Virus record (IMG/VR): IMGVR_UViG_3300005837_000196
Location: 65 to 64,064 of that record
Source: a virus
Taxonomy: Duplodnaviria > Caudoviricetes
Direction: 5' to 3' (one strand)
DNA: 64,000 nucleotides
The notes under the pieces: model-generated
What the model saw: the letters and a program-made list of their open reading frames with translations, nothing else
Database searches by the model: none
What the model was told of the DNA's origin: nothing
Position numbers and translations under genes: made by a program
In this document: positions 9,256 through 18,129 of the stretch, in pieces
Layout: each line of letters starts with the position of its first letter
How positions within the stretch are numbered: position 1 is the stretch's first letter

Positions 9256-10808
9256 TATTCCTCTCTTTTATTAGAAATTACACAGTCTGCTGACATAATT
9301 GTTGTAGCCACAGATACTGCGTTTTTTAAAGCAGTCTTAGTAACTAGCATTGGGTCAATTATACCTTCTTTAACTAGATTAACGCTTTTACCACTAATAA
9401 CATTAATGCCTCTACCTTTTTTAACCGCTGGGTCATAATCAATACCAGCATTAGTTAATATTTTTTTATAAGGAGCTTTGATGGCATTAAAAAGCATATT
9501 ATATCCTGCTTTATCATTTGATGATATATTATCTGCAGCATTATGAAGCGCTATTCCAGCACCTGGAACAATACCTTCTTTAAGTGCAGCTTTAACAGCA
9601 TATATAGCGTCTTCTACTCTATCTTTCTTTTCCTTAAGCTCAATCTTAGAATTAGCCCCTACATATAATAATCCAACCGAACCTGAAAGCATTGCTTTTC
9701 TTTGTTCTAGCTTCTTAAGTAAATAAGGATTTTTTTCTTCTTTTAACTGTTTGTCTATAAGATCTAATCTACCTTTAACTTCTTCAGATAATTCATCAAT
9801 AGTTATAACGGTGTTTAAATCGTCTGTAACAGCTTTTTGAGCTTGACCTAATACTGATTCATTAATTAAATCTAAATCATCGCCTAACTCCTCTGAAATA
9901 ACTTTAGCACCTGTTAAAGCAGCTAAGTCTTCTAACATGTCTCTTCTTAAATTTGAAAAGCCAGGAGGGTCAATTACATTTGCTTTAATATTACCTTTGA
10001 CTTTATTCATTACTAAAGCTGATAACACTTGTTGTGATACGCTACCTATAATTAATATAGCTCTTTGGTTTTTTATAGCATACTCTAATACAGCTTGAAT
10101 TTTCCTAATGGTTGATATTTCAGAATCAACTAATAATATTAAAGGATTTTCAATCTCTATTTTATTTTTTTCTTTATCTGTAACTAGATGTTGAGACTTT
10201 ACTCCTGAGTCAAATTGTACGCCATCTATTATTTCTACATACGTTTCATCAGTATCAGACTCTTCCATAAGGACCACGCCGTCTTTACCCACTTTGTTAT
10301 AAGCATCTGCAATAAGTTTTCCTAATTGACTATCATTATTTGTAGATATATTTGCTACGTGCTCTAGCATTGAATCTTTAACTGGTATAGAAGCGCTTTC
10401 TAAATAAGTAATAACTTTTTTACTTGCTTCTAATATTTCTTTCTTTATGCTTCTTAAATCGTTATGATCTGTTTTTGCATATTCTTGTAAAATAGAGTGA
10501 GCGAGGACGGTGGATGTGGTGGTACCGTCTCCCGCTTCTTTTACTGTTTTCTGTGCTGCCTCTTTAACGAGGGTTGCGCCAATGTTTTCTACTGGATCCA
10601 TTAGCACCACACTATTAGCAACAGTCACTCCGTCTTTAGTTACAATTGGTTTACCCATTCCATCTTCGTAAATAACACATTTACCAGATGCTCCAAGTGT
10701 TGAAGAAACAGCTTCAGCTAATTTATCAACACCAATCATAATTTTTTCTTGAGCGGTATTGCCAAAAGATAATTCTTTTACAATCTCGCTAGGATGATTA
10801 AATTCCAT
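9255..10808 (-). CDS. groEL: Chaperonin GroEL (Cpn60)
   Basis: 517 aa; [24 protein letters not shown]...EGIVPGAG motifs; no GGM tail. Confidence 0.95.
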   Translation of the reverse strand: MEFNHPSEIVKELSFGNTAQEKIMIGVDKLAEAVSSTLGASGKCVIYEDGMGKPIVTKDGVTVANSVVLMDPVENIGATLVKEAAQKTVKEAGDGTTTSTVLAHSILQEYAKTDHNDLRSIKKEILEASKKVITYLESASIPVKDSMLEHVANISTNNDSQLGKLIADAYNKVGKDGVVLMEESDTDETYVEIIDGVQFDSGVKSQHLVTDKEKNKIEIENPLILLVDSEISTIRKIQAVLEYAIKNQRAILIIGSVSQQVLSALVMNKVKGNIKANVIDPPGFSNLRRDMLEDLAALTGAKVISEELGDDLDLINESVLGQAQKAVTDDLNTVITIDELSEEVKGRLDLIDKQLKEEKNPYLLKKLEQRKAMLSGSVGLLYVGANSKIELKEKKDRVEDAIYAVKAALKEGIVPGAGIALHNAADNISSNDKAGYNMLFNAIKAPYKKILTNAGIDYDPAVKKGRGINVISGKSVNLVKEGIIDPMLVTKTALKNAVSVATTIMSADCVISNKREE

Positions 10809-10827
10809 TAAATTAAATTTTTATTTA

Positions 10828-11118
10828 TTATTCAAATGTTTTGACTACTACGGGTCCTTCAGTTAATTTTAATTTTTTAGCATAATGTTCAACTGATGAA
10901 TCTATTGCTTTTTCAGCACCATCAATTGTTTCTCTTCTTGTAACCGATTTCCAGTTTTTGTTTTGGTCTTGCCATTCAGTTTGATAATAACCATTAGGCA
11001 ACTCTGTTATACGCCAATTCTTTTTTTTAGAATAACGTTTCCAAAGGGTTTTTGTTTCTTCTGGTAGTTGGTTTGAATCATTAGACCATGTGTTGGTCTT
11101 GTAATAAAAATACGTCAT
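10828..11118 (-). CDS. Hypothetical protein
   Basis: 96-aa ORF immediately upstream of groEL in the same operon. Confidence 0.6.
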   Translation of the reverse strand: MTYFYYKTNTWSNDSNQLPEETKTLWKRYSKKKNWRITELPNGYYQTEWQDQNKNWKSVTRRETIDGAEKAIDSSVEHYAKKLKLTEGPVVVKTFE

Positions 11119-11160
11119 AGGTATTTGGTTTTTAGGTTTATAAAAATTATTTTGGTTATA

Positions 11161-11171
11161 TATTATATTAC
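11161..11171 (-). promoter_or_regulatory. Candidate late promoter element GTAATATAATA
   Basis: Intergenic and upstream of the groEL operon; similar GT(A/G)ATA(T/A) words sit upstream of other late operons. Confidence 0.35.
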
Positions 11172-11187
11172 ATTTAATTATATGTTT

Positions 11188-12054
11188 TTAGGTTATTTCA
11201 GTTACTTCAGTGCCACTTGAATTTCTTATCTCAGTTATCCATAAATTACTATTAGAAGGTAAAGCCCCTACTAATGCACCATTATAAGAAGCATATCCCA
11301 TTTTAACAGCATGAGTTATTGAACTACCATTTGTTGTAAACGCAAACCATCCGTCTACAGGACCTGTTCCCCATATACTACTTGCTAATCCTGTACTAGT
11401 CACATATGTTCTATCGTATTTTCTAGGATAAGTTCCTGGCCCATCAAAAAACAAACTAAAATTTGATCCTGAATTAATACCAGCCGCTAGGGCGTTAGAA
11501 TAAGAAGTGTATGCTGCAGATGCTAAAATAAAAGCTCCGTGTGTAGAAGGAGGTGTACCCGTTGTTGTTGAGCTAACGTCATTTAATGTATTTGTAATAA
11601 CAGTTGCATTCTCAGAAATTGTTGTTATAGTAGAATTAGACTTTTGCAAACTAATCCAATAAAAATTACTTGGGTCACCTGTACTTAAATCAAACCAATT
11701 ACTGCCATCTGGCAACATTGCAAATTGAGCATAATCATTTGTCATATAACTGTTTCCCCACGTTTCAGCTAATGTTGTTGTTTTACTAGAATTTGAATAC
11801 AAAACAGTACCTACTTGTAAAGATCCTGTAAAATATCCTTGTATAGATGAGTTTACATCAGGAGTATTAGATGTAGAATATAATCTTTTAGCCTCTACAG
11901 CAGTTTGATTATTGCTACTTGTAAATATTACGTCTGTACTTCCTCCATTTTCTGCTGTAAAACCAAAAAAAGTGCCTGTAGCAGGAGCTGTAATGGGGTC
12001 TATGCCTCCGCTGGTTTGATTATATGTACCTTGTAGTATACTAGCTGGAAACAT
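11188..12054 (-). CDS. Tail fibre tip/receptor-binding-like protein (start corrected to MFPASILQG)
   Basis: S/T/G-rich beta protein; ATG at 12054 abuts the stop of the upstream fibre. Confidence 0.55.
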   Translation of the reverse strand: MFPASILQGTYNQTSGGIDPITAPATGTFFGFTAENGGSTDVIFTSSNNQTAVEAKRLYSTSNTPDVNSSIQGYFTGSLQVGTVLYSNSSKTTTLAETWGNSYMTNDYAQFAMLPDGSNWFDLSTGDPSNFYWISLQKSNSTITTISENATVITNTLNDVSSTTTGTPPSTHGAFILASAAYTSYSNALAAGINSGSNFSLFFDGPGTYPRKYDRTYVTSTGLASSIWGTGPVDGWFAFTTNGSSITHAVKMGYASYNGALVGALPSNSNLWITEIRNSSGTEVTEIT

Positions 12055-13844
12055 TATGCTTGTGATATAGTATATATAAATTCTGAAGCTCCTAAACAAG
12101 TAACTTGTATATAATTTACAGTAGCATTTGTTTGATCTAATGTACCTGATAATTTTGTACCTGTTATAGATGGTGTACCAGTACCACCAGATCCTGTAAT
12201 TTTTATAACCTTAGTCATTCCAATTGTATTATTAGAATAATTAATAGTTGTATTGGTAGCATCAGATGGTAATGTAACTTGAAATACTGCTGATGTACTA
12301 AAGTCTAAAGTTGCAGTTGCTGAACCAGAGCTAAGTGTTACCGCACTAGCTACAGTTTTAAATTCATTAGCAAGCTTAGCAAATGTTATTGAATCATTAG
12401 AAACAACTCCTGCGGCTACATAACTAAATGTACCGTCTCCATCTGTTTGTATAAGTTGACCTGATGTGCCATTGTCTGCTAAACCACTAAGATTTGTTGC
12501 TTCAATACTTCCAGCCCCAGCAGAAGACTTATTTGTCCACTCCATATCCCCGTTACTGTCAATACCTAGTATTTTACCAGCTGATCCGGAGTTTGTAGTT
12601 GTTATATCTGTTTTTCCTACTGCAAGTGCTGCAAATTCAACAGCAGAAGCACCTGAATTTACTTTTAAGTACTGTCCACCTGCTCCAGAAAAAGATGAGG
12701 GGGTTGAAGGTAGGGTTAAAAAGTCAGTTGCGGTTGTAGAAATGGTTGTCCAGGCTAAATTTCCGCCTGTAATAGTTAAAAATTGACCATTCGAGCCTGC
12801 TGATGGTGATAATTTGTCTATTGTAACCGCAGCATTTGTTATTTGAGCTGTATCTACAGCGTCAAGAGTGGCTAAATTACCTGCATTTGTGATTGCAGAC
12901 ATGTCATGGTTGTGATCTCCTGCTGCAACGTCTCCAGATGATGTTCCTGTTGACTTAAATGCTGCATCACCAAAGGTATATGTAGGCCAACTAGCTGAAG
13001 CTAACCCACCGGCTATTTCAAATGTTAATGTGTTTGTTGATTTTGTTATTGCATTTACATAATAGTTGCTTGCAGAGTTTGCTGCCCAGGTAAAACCTGT
13101 AGAACCGTCTGATGTAAGTACATATCCTGAAACTGGTGTGTTTGTTGTGTTTAATTTTCCTTCTGTTACAGCTTCATCAACAATTTTTATAGTTGATATT
13201 GCGTCACTATTTATATTAGTACCACCAACATTGTTTAATGTGGCCAATGTTCCTAGCGAAGGCAAGTCTGTTGCGTCTATAGCAGTTTTAACTTGATTTG
13301 TAATATCTGTTACAGATAAAAATGCGGCAGCTCCAAATGTATAATCTATATTTGAACTACCGTTTACACTAAATGTAAGTGTTTCACCTGATTTAGTTAT
13401 TCCGTCTAAATAAAAGTTTGTATCGGCTGGGTTTGTTACCGTAGACCAGCTAAAACTTCCATCACCATCTGATATTAAGTATTGCCCGGATGTTCCATTG
13501 CCAGATACATTCAATTGTGTTGCTGTAATACTATCTGTACCGACAACATCTCCTAAAACGTGGCTGTGTGCCGCGGTAGCAAAATCCGTTGTAGCTGCAA
13601 AAGCTGCTGAACCAAAAGTAAATGTTTGATCCGTCCCGCCGTTTACAGAAAATGTTAATACATTACCTGATTGCGTTATGCCGTCTAGATAAAAATTTGT
13701 ATCAGTAGCTCCACCGGTGTTAAAATATGTAGACAGTTCTGCTAATGTATATGTAGCACTTCCACCTGTAGATGAATCTATGCCTAATAACTTATCATCA
13801 TCAGAAAAAGAAGGATCTCCCGGGTATGTATTTATTCTAGCCAT
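12054..13844 (-). CDS. Tail fibre protein with internal repeats
   Basis: 596 aa; three repeats of (D/S)TNFYLDGIT.S...LTF......TFG.AAF plus GxSGQxLxxDGDG repeats. Confidence 0.75.
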   Translation of the reverse strand: MARINTYPGDPSFSDDDKLLGIDSSTGGSATYTLAELSTYFNTGGATDTNFYLDGITQSGNVLTFSVNGGTDQTFTFGSAAFAATTDFATAAHSHVLGDVVGTDSITATQLNVSGNGTSGQYLISDGDGSFSWSTVTNPADTNFYLDGITKSGETLTFSVNGSSNIDYTFGAAAFLSVTDITNQVKTAIDATDLPSLGTLATLNNVGGTNINSDAISTIKIVDEAVTEGKLNTTNTPVSGYVLTSDGSTGFTWAANSASNYYVNAITKSTNTLTFEIAGGLASASWPTYTFGDAAFKSTGTSSGDVAAGDHNHDMSAITNAGNLATLDAVDTAQITNAAVTIDKLSPSAGSNGQFLTITGGNLAWTTISTTATDFLTLPSTPSSFSGAGGQYLKVNSGASAVEFAALAVGKTDITTTNSGSAGKILGIDSNGDMEWTNKSSAGAGSIEATNLSGLADNGTSGQLIQTDGDGTFSYVAAGVVSNDSITFAKLANEFKTVASAVTLSSGSATATLDFSTSAVFQVTLPSDATNTTINYSNNTIGMTKVIKITGSGGTGTPSITGTKLSGTLDQTNATVNYIQVTCLGASEFIYTISQA

Positions 13845-14083
13845 TATTTTGTGTTGTTTATTTTCGTGCCTTTACCGAAGCCCGATCTATTTCTTTGTGA
13901 AGAAACGAAAGACATAGTGGTATGATCGTAATCCATACCATCTATGTTCTTACCGTTATTTTTTGCAGCTCTACGCTTTCTTTGGTTTTCAGCTTTCATT
14001 TTACGGCGACGTGGAGTCATAGCGACTTTTTTGTCCCTGATAGCTTTCTTACGCTTTGCTGCAGGAGATAGCTTTTGAGGCAT
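13844..14083 (-). CDS. Small basic protein with degenerate HNH-like motif
   Basis: 79 aa, K/R-rich, GMDYDH...SQRNRS. Confidence 0.45.
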   Translation of the reverse strand: MPQKLSPAAKRKKAIRDKKVAMTPRRRKMKAENQRKRRAAKNNGKNIDGMDYDHTTMSFVSSQRNRSGFGKGTKINNTK

Positions 14084-14271
14084 TATTCTTTTAGCCCTTT
14101 AACACCTTTCATTTGCATAGGTGATTTTTTACCATATGATTTAGCAGGTGATGCTTTATCTTCTGGTGCAGCTTTAATTGCATCTTGCAATGGTTGAGGT
14201 AGGTTACCTTGTTTTCCTGTTAATGCCTTCATTAAAGGCGATTTTGGATTCATTTTAAAGGGTGAACTCAT
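14083..14271 (-). CDS. Small basic SP-motif protein
   Basis: 62 aa; repeated SP(F/L/A/M) motifs. Confidence 0.55.
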   Translation of the reverse strand: MSSPFKMNPKSPLMKALTGKQGNLPQPLQDAIKAAPEDKASPAKSYGKKSPMQMKGVKGLKE

Positions 14272-14334
14272 AATTTTGTTTTTAAGATTAATCTATTATT
14301 TAACATGCATGTATATAATGTGTTATATCACGTT

Positions 14335-14511
14335 CTATCTATTATATTTAAGTTCACGCATCTTATTATATAGGTGTTGTGCTAAAACCACTTCTTGAGG
14401 GTTTTTACAGTCTACGTTTTTAGTTAATTCTTTGTACTCAGTCATCATTTTGTTTTGACTTGCGCAACTTCCTAGAGTTACCACAAGTGCAATAGTCATT
14501 ATTATTCTCAT
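14335..14511 (-). CDS. Putative lipoprotein (o-spanin-like); start corrected to MRIIM
   Basis: MRIIMTIALVVTLGSC is a signal peptide II with lipobox LGSC. Confidence 0.6.
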   Translation of the reverse strand: MRIIMTIALVVTLGSCASQNKMMTEYKELTKNVDCKNPQEVVLAQHLYNKMRELKYNR

Positions 14512-14638
14512 GTTTGGTGGTTTGTGCGATATGTATTTCAATAAGCGCGTTAGTTAGTTTGTCAATGCTCTTATGTATTTCCTTCAATTCATTACGAAGG
14601 CCGTTACTTTTCACATTAATCGTTTCTTTGTTACTCAT
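14438..14638 (-). CDS. Coiled-coil hypothetical protein overlapping the lipoprotein gene
   Basis: 66 aa, heptad pattern; 3' end overlaps the lipoprotein start in another frame. Confidence 0.5.
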   Translation of the reverse strand: MSNKETINVKSNGLRNELKEIHKSIDKLTNALIEIHIAQTTKHENNNDYCTCGNSRKLRKSKQNDD

Positions 14639-14647
14639 TATTAAATT

Positions 14648-14887
14648 TTATTTATAATTTATACCCGCTTCAAGTAATCCACGTTCATACTCTAATTGCT
14701 TTTCAATTTCAAGTATACGAGATTCCAAGCGGTCTATGATGATTATCTTTTCATCTAATCTATCATGCACTAAATGCAATTCATCTTTAAGTGAAGTAAA
14801 CTCAGAGAATATCCCTCCTGCTGCAAACACAGCGGCAACGAATGATATAACTATAGATAAGTTATTTTTTATAAAAGAATCTTGCAT
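14648..14887 (-). CDS. Single-TM coiled-coil membrane protein (i-spanin/holin-like)
   Basis: N-terminal hydrophobic helix SIVISFVAAVFAAGGIF followed by a coiled coil; first gene of the leftward operon. Confidence 0.55.
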   Translation of the reverse strand: MQDSFIKNNLSIVISFVAAVFAAGGIFSEFTSLKDELHLVHDRLDEKIIIIDRLESRILEIEKQLEYERGLLEAGINYK

Positions 14888-14890
14888 ACT

Positions 14891-14900
14891 TATATATTAC
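14891..14900 (-). promoter_or_regulatory. Candidate late promoter element GTAATATATA
   Basis: Immediately upstream of the leftward operon start at 14887. Confidence 0.35.
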
Positions 14901-14926
14901 ATGTATATGTATATTCTCACATAGAG

Positions 14927-14973
14927 TGCGACATTAGCCCCCTACATATATATATTAACACCCTATTGTCACA
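14927..14973. repeat. Inverted-repeat element A: TGCGACATTAGC-23 nt AT-rich-CCTATTGTCACA
   Basis: Imperfect 12-bp inverted arms around a TACATATATATATT core; matches element B at 21678-21725. Confidence 0.7.
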
Positions 14974-15121
14974 GTTTTGAGGATTATAAAAGCAGCCCCA
15001 CCCGGAACATAAAAATATAGTCAGATAAGTTTAGGTTTTGTATTACGCATAACTATTTGGCACTCAGCCACTTAACTAAAATCAATTATTTTTACCCACC
15101 CCCCTTAAAATGCTCATTCAC

Positions 15122-15143
15122 AGGCACTTATGTTTGCCTTTTT
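15122..15143 (+). terminator. Possible weak intrinsic terminator/insulator hairpin
   Basis: AGGCA-8 nt-TGCCT followed by a T-run, just upstream of the first early promoter. Confidence 0.3.
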
Positions 15144-15154
15144 AATGCTGTTTT

Positions 15155-15188
15155 TTACAGTGTAAACACGAACTATTTTGGATAATAT
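15155..15188 (+). promoter_or_regulatory. Early promoter motif copy 1 (TTACA-N5-AACACG-N9-GGATAATAT)
   Basis: Exact spacing conserved in 8 copies. Confidence 0.75.
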
Positions 15189-15233
15189 AGTTAGGCTTTG
15201 ACTGTATATTTTAAAAATATATATATTTTAGTT

Positions 15234-15267
15234 TTACAAAGTTAACACGAAGGAAAATGGATAATAT
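15234..15267 (+). promoter_or_regulatory. Early promoter motif copy 2
   Basis: TTACA aagtt AACACG aaggaaaat GGATAATAT; upstream of ORF 15292. Confidence 0.8.
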
Positions 15268-15291
15268 ATATGTAACAAAAAAATAATAAAA

Positions 15292-15525
15292 ATGAATTTA
15301 CAAACACATTTAAAAGAAGTAAGTAAACAAAATAAATTAATATTAAATAAACTAATAGAAGAAGAATTAAATAAAATATTTAAAACAGACTACTATGGAA
15401 CTAAAGAACAAATCTTTAATGAAAAAGTAATAATGGAAAATGTAATTGTAAAAGAAAATTGTGAAATGAAACACAATGAAAGTATAGAAGAATGGTATTT
15501 AAGAATCTATGATTTTACAAAGTAA
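15292..15525 (+). CDS. Early hypothetical protein
   Basis: 77 aa; follows promoter copy 2 with an A-rich leader. Confidence 0.6.
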   Translation: MNLQTHLKEVSKQNKLILNKLIEEELNKIFKTDYYGTKEQIFNEKVIMENVIVKENCEMKHNESIEEWYLRIYDFTK

Positions 15526-15548
15526 ACACGACCTCAACTGGATAATAT
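15515..15548 (+). promoter_or_regulatory. Early promoter motif copy 3
   Basis: TTACA aagta AACACG acctcaact GGATAATAT. Confidence 0.8.
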
Positions 15549-15572
15549 ATAAGAACATTAAAACATACACAC

Positions 15573-15695
15573 ATGAATGAAATAGCAAAAGAACTAAAAC
15601 TGATCGAAGAGTTTGAAGCAAACTTCAACCCAACTAAAGAATCTAAAGCAAGAAAAGAATATTTGCTTAATAAAATTAACTGGTCAACACTTTAA
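15573..15695 (+). CDS. Early micro-ORF (40 aa)
   Basis: MNEIAKELKLIEEF...; ACACAC leader after promoter 3. Confidence 0.55.
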   Translation: MNEIAKELKLIEEFEANFNPTKESKARKEYLLNKINWSTL

Positions 15696-15704
15696 CACAC
15701 ACAC

Positions 15705-15845
15705 ATGGAACTAACTAAAAGTGAACTAGACCTAATATACAATTGCCTACAAGATTGTGCTAACTCAGACAGCTGGGAACATTATGCCGATATAGTATGG
15801 GAATTATCAACCAAAGTTAAAGAAATAGCTAATAATATTAAGTAA
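15705..15845 (+). CDS. Early micro-ORF (46 aa)
   Basis: MELTKSELDLIYNCLQDC...; ACACACAC leader. Confidence 0.55.
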   Translation: MELTKSELDLIYNCLQDCANSDSWEHYADIVWELSTKVKEIANNIK

Positions 15846-15920
15846 AAGTTTGAAACACACTAACAGATGTAGCTTAAAACCATTCTAACATAAATCATTA
15901 ACAAATAAAACACACACCTT

Positions 15921-16097
15921 ATGAATACTGAATTACAAAAGAAATTGAACAGACAAAACAAAGCAACTGACAAGAAAATGGGTATGTATCGCCTTGGTTC
16001 TAAAGGTACAACGAGAATAACCTTTGCTAGAAATGCACACTGGAACCATATAGATACAACTAAAGTCTACTATGCTCACACAAAGCTGGAATGTTAA
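15921..16097 (+). CDS. Early micro-ORF (58 aa)
   Basis: MNTELQKKLNRQNK...; AAAACACACACC leader. Confidence 0.55.
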   Translation: MNTELQKKLNRQNKATDKKMGMYRLGSKGTTRITFARNAHWNHIDTTKVYYAHTKLEC

Positions 16098-16131
16098 TTA
16101 CAGCCTTAACACGATGCTAAATGGATAATAT
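16098..16131 (+). promoter_or_regulatory. Early promoter motif copy 4
   Basis: TTACA gcctt AACACG atgctaaat GGATAATAT. Confidence 0.8.
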
Positions 16132-16155
16132 AAACGAACAACAAACACAAACACA

Positions 16156-16323
16156 ATGAAAAATGTACAACTAACACAACAACAAATAGATAGAATGTAC
16201 TTTGATCTTAGAGACTATGTCAAATCACTGGCTGACGTTGATAGACTAACAGAGCTTAACATTGTACAACAACAAGAATTTGAAATAGAATTAGAATTAA
16301 TCAAAAAATTTAGTCAACTATGA
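16156..16323 (+). CDS. Early micro-ORF (55 aa)
   Basis: MKNVQLTQQQIDRMYF...; follows promoter 4. Confidence 0.55.
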   Translation: MKNVQLTQQQIDRMYFDLRDYVKSLADVDRLTELNIVQQQEFEIELELIKKFSQL

Positions 16324-16427
16324 TGAAACAATATTACTTAGAACAAATGCTAGCTAACACGAGCTACACTGAAGAAGAAATAAACGAAATGGATAACTGG
16401 GAAATTGAAATGCACTTAGGATTATGA
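16320..16427 (+). CDS. Early micro-ORF (35 aa, acidic)
   Basis: MMKQYYLEQMLANTSYTEEEINEMDNWEIEMHLGL; ATGA-coupled on both sides. Confidence 0.5.
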   Translation: MMKQYYLEQMLANTSYTEEEINEMDNWEIEMHLGL

Positions 16428-16564
16428 ATACATCACACACAAATTTAATGGACTGGGTTAACGCGCTTGACCTACCAACAGAAGAAAAAATAAATAGAAT
16501 ATACAAATACTATGATTGGCCACTGAGCTATGATGAAACAAAAGAATATTTAATACACAACTAA
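16424..16564 (+). CDS. Early micro-ORF (46 aa)
   Basis: MNTSHTNLMDWVNALDL...; ATGA overlap with the previous ORF. Confidence 0.5.
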   Translation: MNTSHTNLMDWVNALDLPTEEKINRIYKYYDWPLSYDETKEYLIHN

Positions 16565-16565
16565 T

Positions 16566-16739
16566 ATGATACCAAGACTACACGAAATAAATGGTAAACT
16601 AGATATGATACAAGATTTAAAACTACACGATTTAAACTTATCACTAGACCAACAAGAAAAGTTACTTGCTATACATCAGCAACTACTTGACAGACGATTT
16701 GAATTAATTAACCAAATGAAAAAAGATTATATATTATGA
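16566..16739 (+). CDS. Early micro-ORF (57 aa)
   Basis: MIPRLHEINGKLDMIQDL...; stop overlaps the ATG at 16736. Confidence 0.5.
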   Translation: MIPRLHEINGKLDMIQDLKLHDLNLSLDQQEKLLAIHQQLLDRRFELINQMKKDYIL

Positions 16740-16936
16740 ATATAACACAAGAACAAATGAACGCTAAGCTATTACAAATAGCACAGTTCGAAGAAAAGTA
16801 CGGTACTGATCATGGCCAAACAAGTGTATACGCTATGAAAAAATATTGTACCGATGCTAAATACAGAGAACGCGTCACAGCCTTCAACAAAGCAAGTATA
16901 AACACAATTAAACACTACAAACAATATGGATACTAA
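16736..16936 (+). CDS. Early hypothetical protein
   Basis: 66-aa ORF in a tightly coupled chain. Confidence 0.55.
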   Translation: MNITQEQMNAKLLQIAQFEEKYGTDHGQTSVYAMKKYCTDAKYRERVTAFNKASINTIKHYKQYGY

Positions 16937-17141
16937 AGAACAAACACTAAAAAAGATATTTGACAACGACCCAATGGGAATACTTGACGAACCATTTACA
17001 ACTAAAGATAAACTGTATATGCTAAAGCAAACAATTGATGACCTTGTTGAGATCGGACCAGACTACGCACATTTTATGAATGCACAAATAGCACACAAGA
17101 ATTTAAAAAAGATTAAGAAACTATTAGAATATATCGGATGA
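16926..17141 (+). CDS. Early hypothetical protein
   Basis: 71-aa ORF in a tightly coupled chain. Confidence 0.55.
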   Translation: MDTKEQTLKKIFDNDPMGILDEPFTTKDKLYMLKQTIDDLVEIGPDYAHFMNAQIAHKNLKKIKKLLEYIG

Positions 17142-17347
17142 ACACAACACCAGCAAAATACATAACAGTAATTGATTATTACAAAGGCAATGTAAACACA
17201 TACCCAATTGAATTATGGGATATGGAAAATAAAGATATAATTGAAATGCTTCTTGAATTAGGTCATATATCAGCTAATTGTAAATGGATAATACACAAAG
17301 ACAAACCTAAAACACACAAAAATTGCTATACACAATTACAAACCTAA
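17138..17347 (+). CDS. Early hypothetical protein
   Basis: 69-aa ORF, ATGA overlap. Confidence 0.55.
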   Translation: MNTTPAKYITVIDYYKGNVNTYPIELWDMENKDIIEMLLELGHISANCKWIIHKDKPKTHKNCYTQLQT

Positions 17348-17351
17348 CACG
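17323..17351 (+). repeat. 29-bp exact direct repeat, copy 1 (TTGCTATACACAATTACAAACCTAACACG)
   Basis: Identical to 17597-17625; includes the upstream half of the promoter motif. Confidence 0.9.
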
Positions 17352-17369
17352 TAACCAAACGGATAATAT
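17336..17369 (+). promoter_or_regulatory. Early promoter motif copy 5
   Basis: TTACA aacct AACACG taaccaaac GGATAATAT. Confidence 0.8.
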
Positions 17370-17394
17370 TAACGAATAACAAACAAACACAATT

Positions 17395-17595
17395 ATGAAA
17401 ACATTTGACAGATACAAACAAAACTTAAAACAAATTGGCAATGACATTATCTCTTATGATACACACGTTGCAGAAATTAAAGATGGTAAACTATACAGAT
17501 TAAACTGGTATGTGCCAGGCGTCGGCTCACACAGTGTAACAACTGCAAAGCACATTAACTATGTAGCACAAGAACTAAACCTTGAAATCGTATAA
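17395..17595 (+). CDS. Early hypothetical protein (conserved phage type)
   Basis: 66 aa, ISYDTHVAEI...SVTTAKHINY; flanked by the 29-bp direct repeats. Confidence 0.65.
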   Translation: MKTFDRYKQNLKQIGNDIISYDTHVAEIKDGKLYRLNWYVPGVGSHSVTTAKHINYVAQELNLEIV

Positions 17596-17596
17596 T

Positions 17597-17625
17597 TTGC
17601 TATACACAATTACAAACCTAACACG
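17597..17625 (+). repeat. 29-bp exact direct repeat, copy 2
   Basis: Identical to 17323-17351. Confidence 0.9.
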
Positions 17626-17643
17626 AGCGTTATTGGATAATAT
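17610..17643 (+). promoter_or_regulatory. Early promoter motif copy 6
   Basis: TTACA aacct AACACG agcgttatt GGATAATAT. Confidence 0.8.
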
Positions 17644-17666
17644 AAACGAATAATAAACAAACACAC

Positions 17667-17918
17667 ATGAAAAATTATTTTAAAACACCAATCACCAACA
17701 ATGAACAAGCTAAAAAGTATATTTGCAAACTTTATTTTGATGGCAACTTATACCACCTTGATGAAGATGCAAATGATATAATTAGCTTTAAAACAAACGA
17801 GCGTACTTTCACTGATGAAGAATGTGAACAACTTAACAAACGCCGTGATGAATGCTTTGAGCATATGACCATTGACCCTCATCAACTATGCTGCTCTTTA
17901 TGCGACCTTAAAACTTAA
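17667..17918 (+). CDS. Early hypothetical protein
   Basis: 83 aa; follows promoter 6. Confidence 0.6.
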   Translation: MKNYFKTPITNNEQAKKYICKLYFDGNLYHLDEDANDIISFKTNERTFTDEECEQLNKRRDECFEHMTIDPHQLCCSLCDLKT

Positions 17919-17934
17919 ATTTAATAACAAACAC

Positions 17935-18129
17935 ATGTATAACAAAAAATTAATATTAAACACAGCTGACAAAATCATTGAAGAAATTGATGAATACATT
18001 GACAATACAATACACTGGCAGCTTGACTCATCTGAATTTGGCCTAACTGAATTTGACGACCTATATCCACTTGAGTTACAAATCAAACAACAAATATTAT
18101 TTTCACTAATTAAAAAAGTAACAAAATGA
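17935..18129 (+). CDS. Early hypothetical protein (start corrected to MYNKK)
   Basis: ACAAACAC leader before the ATG at 17935. Confidence 0.55.
   Translation: MYNKKLILNTADKIIEEIDEYIDNTIHWQLDSSEFGLTEFDDLYPLELQIKQQILFSLIKKVTK

Noticed and set aside
15096-15106. Poly-C/G tract as a genome terminus or G-quadruplex
   Set aside because: Too short for four G-tracts, and termini cannot be inferred without read data
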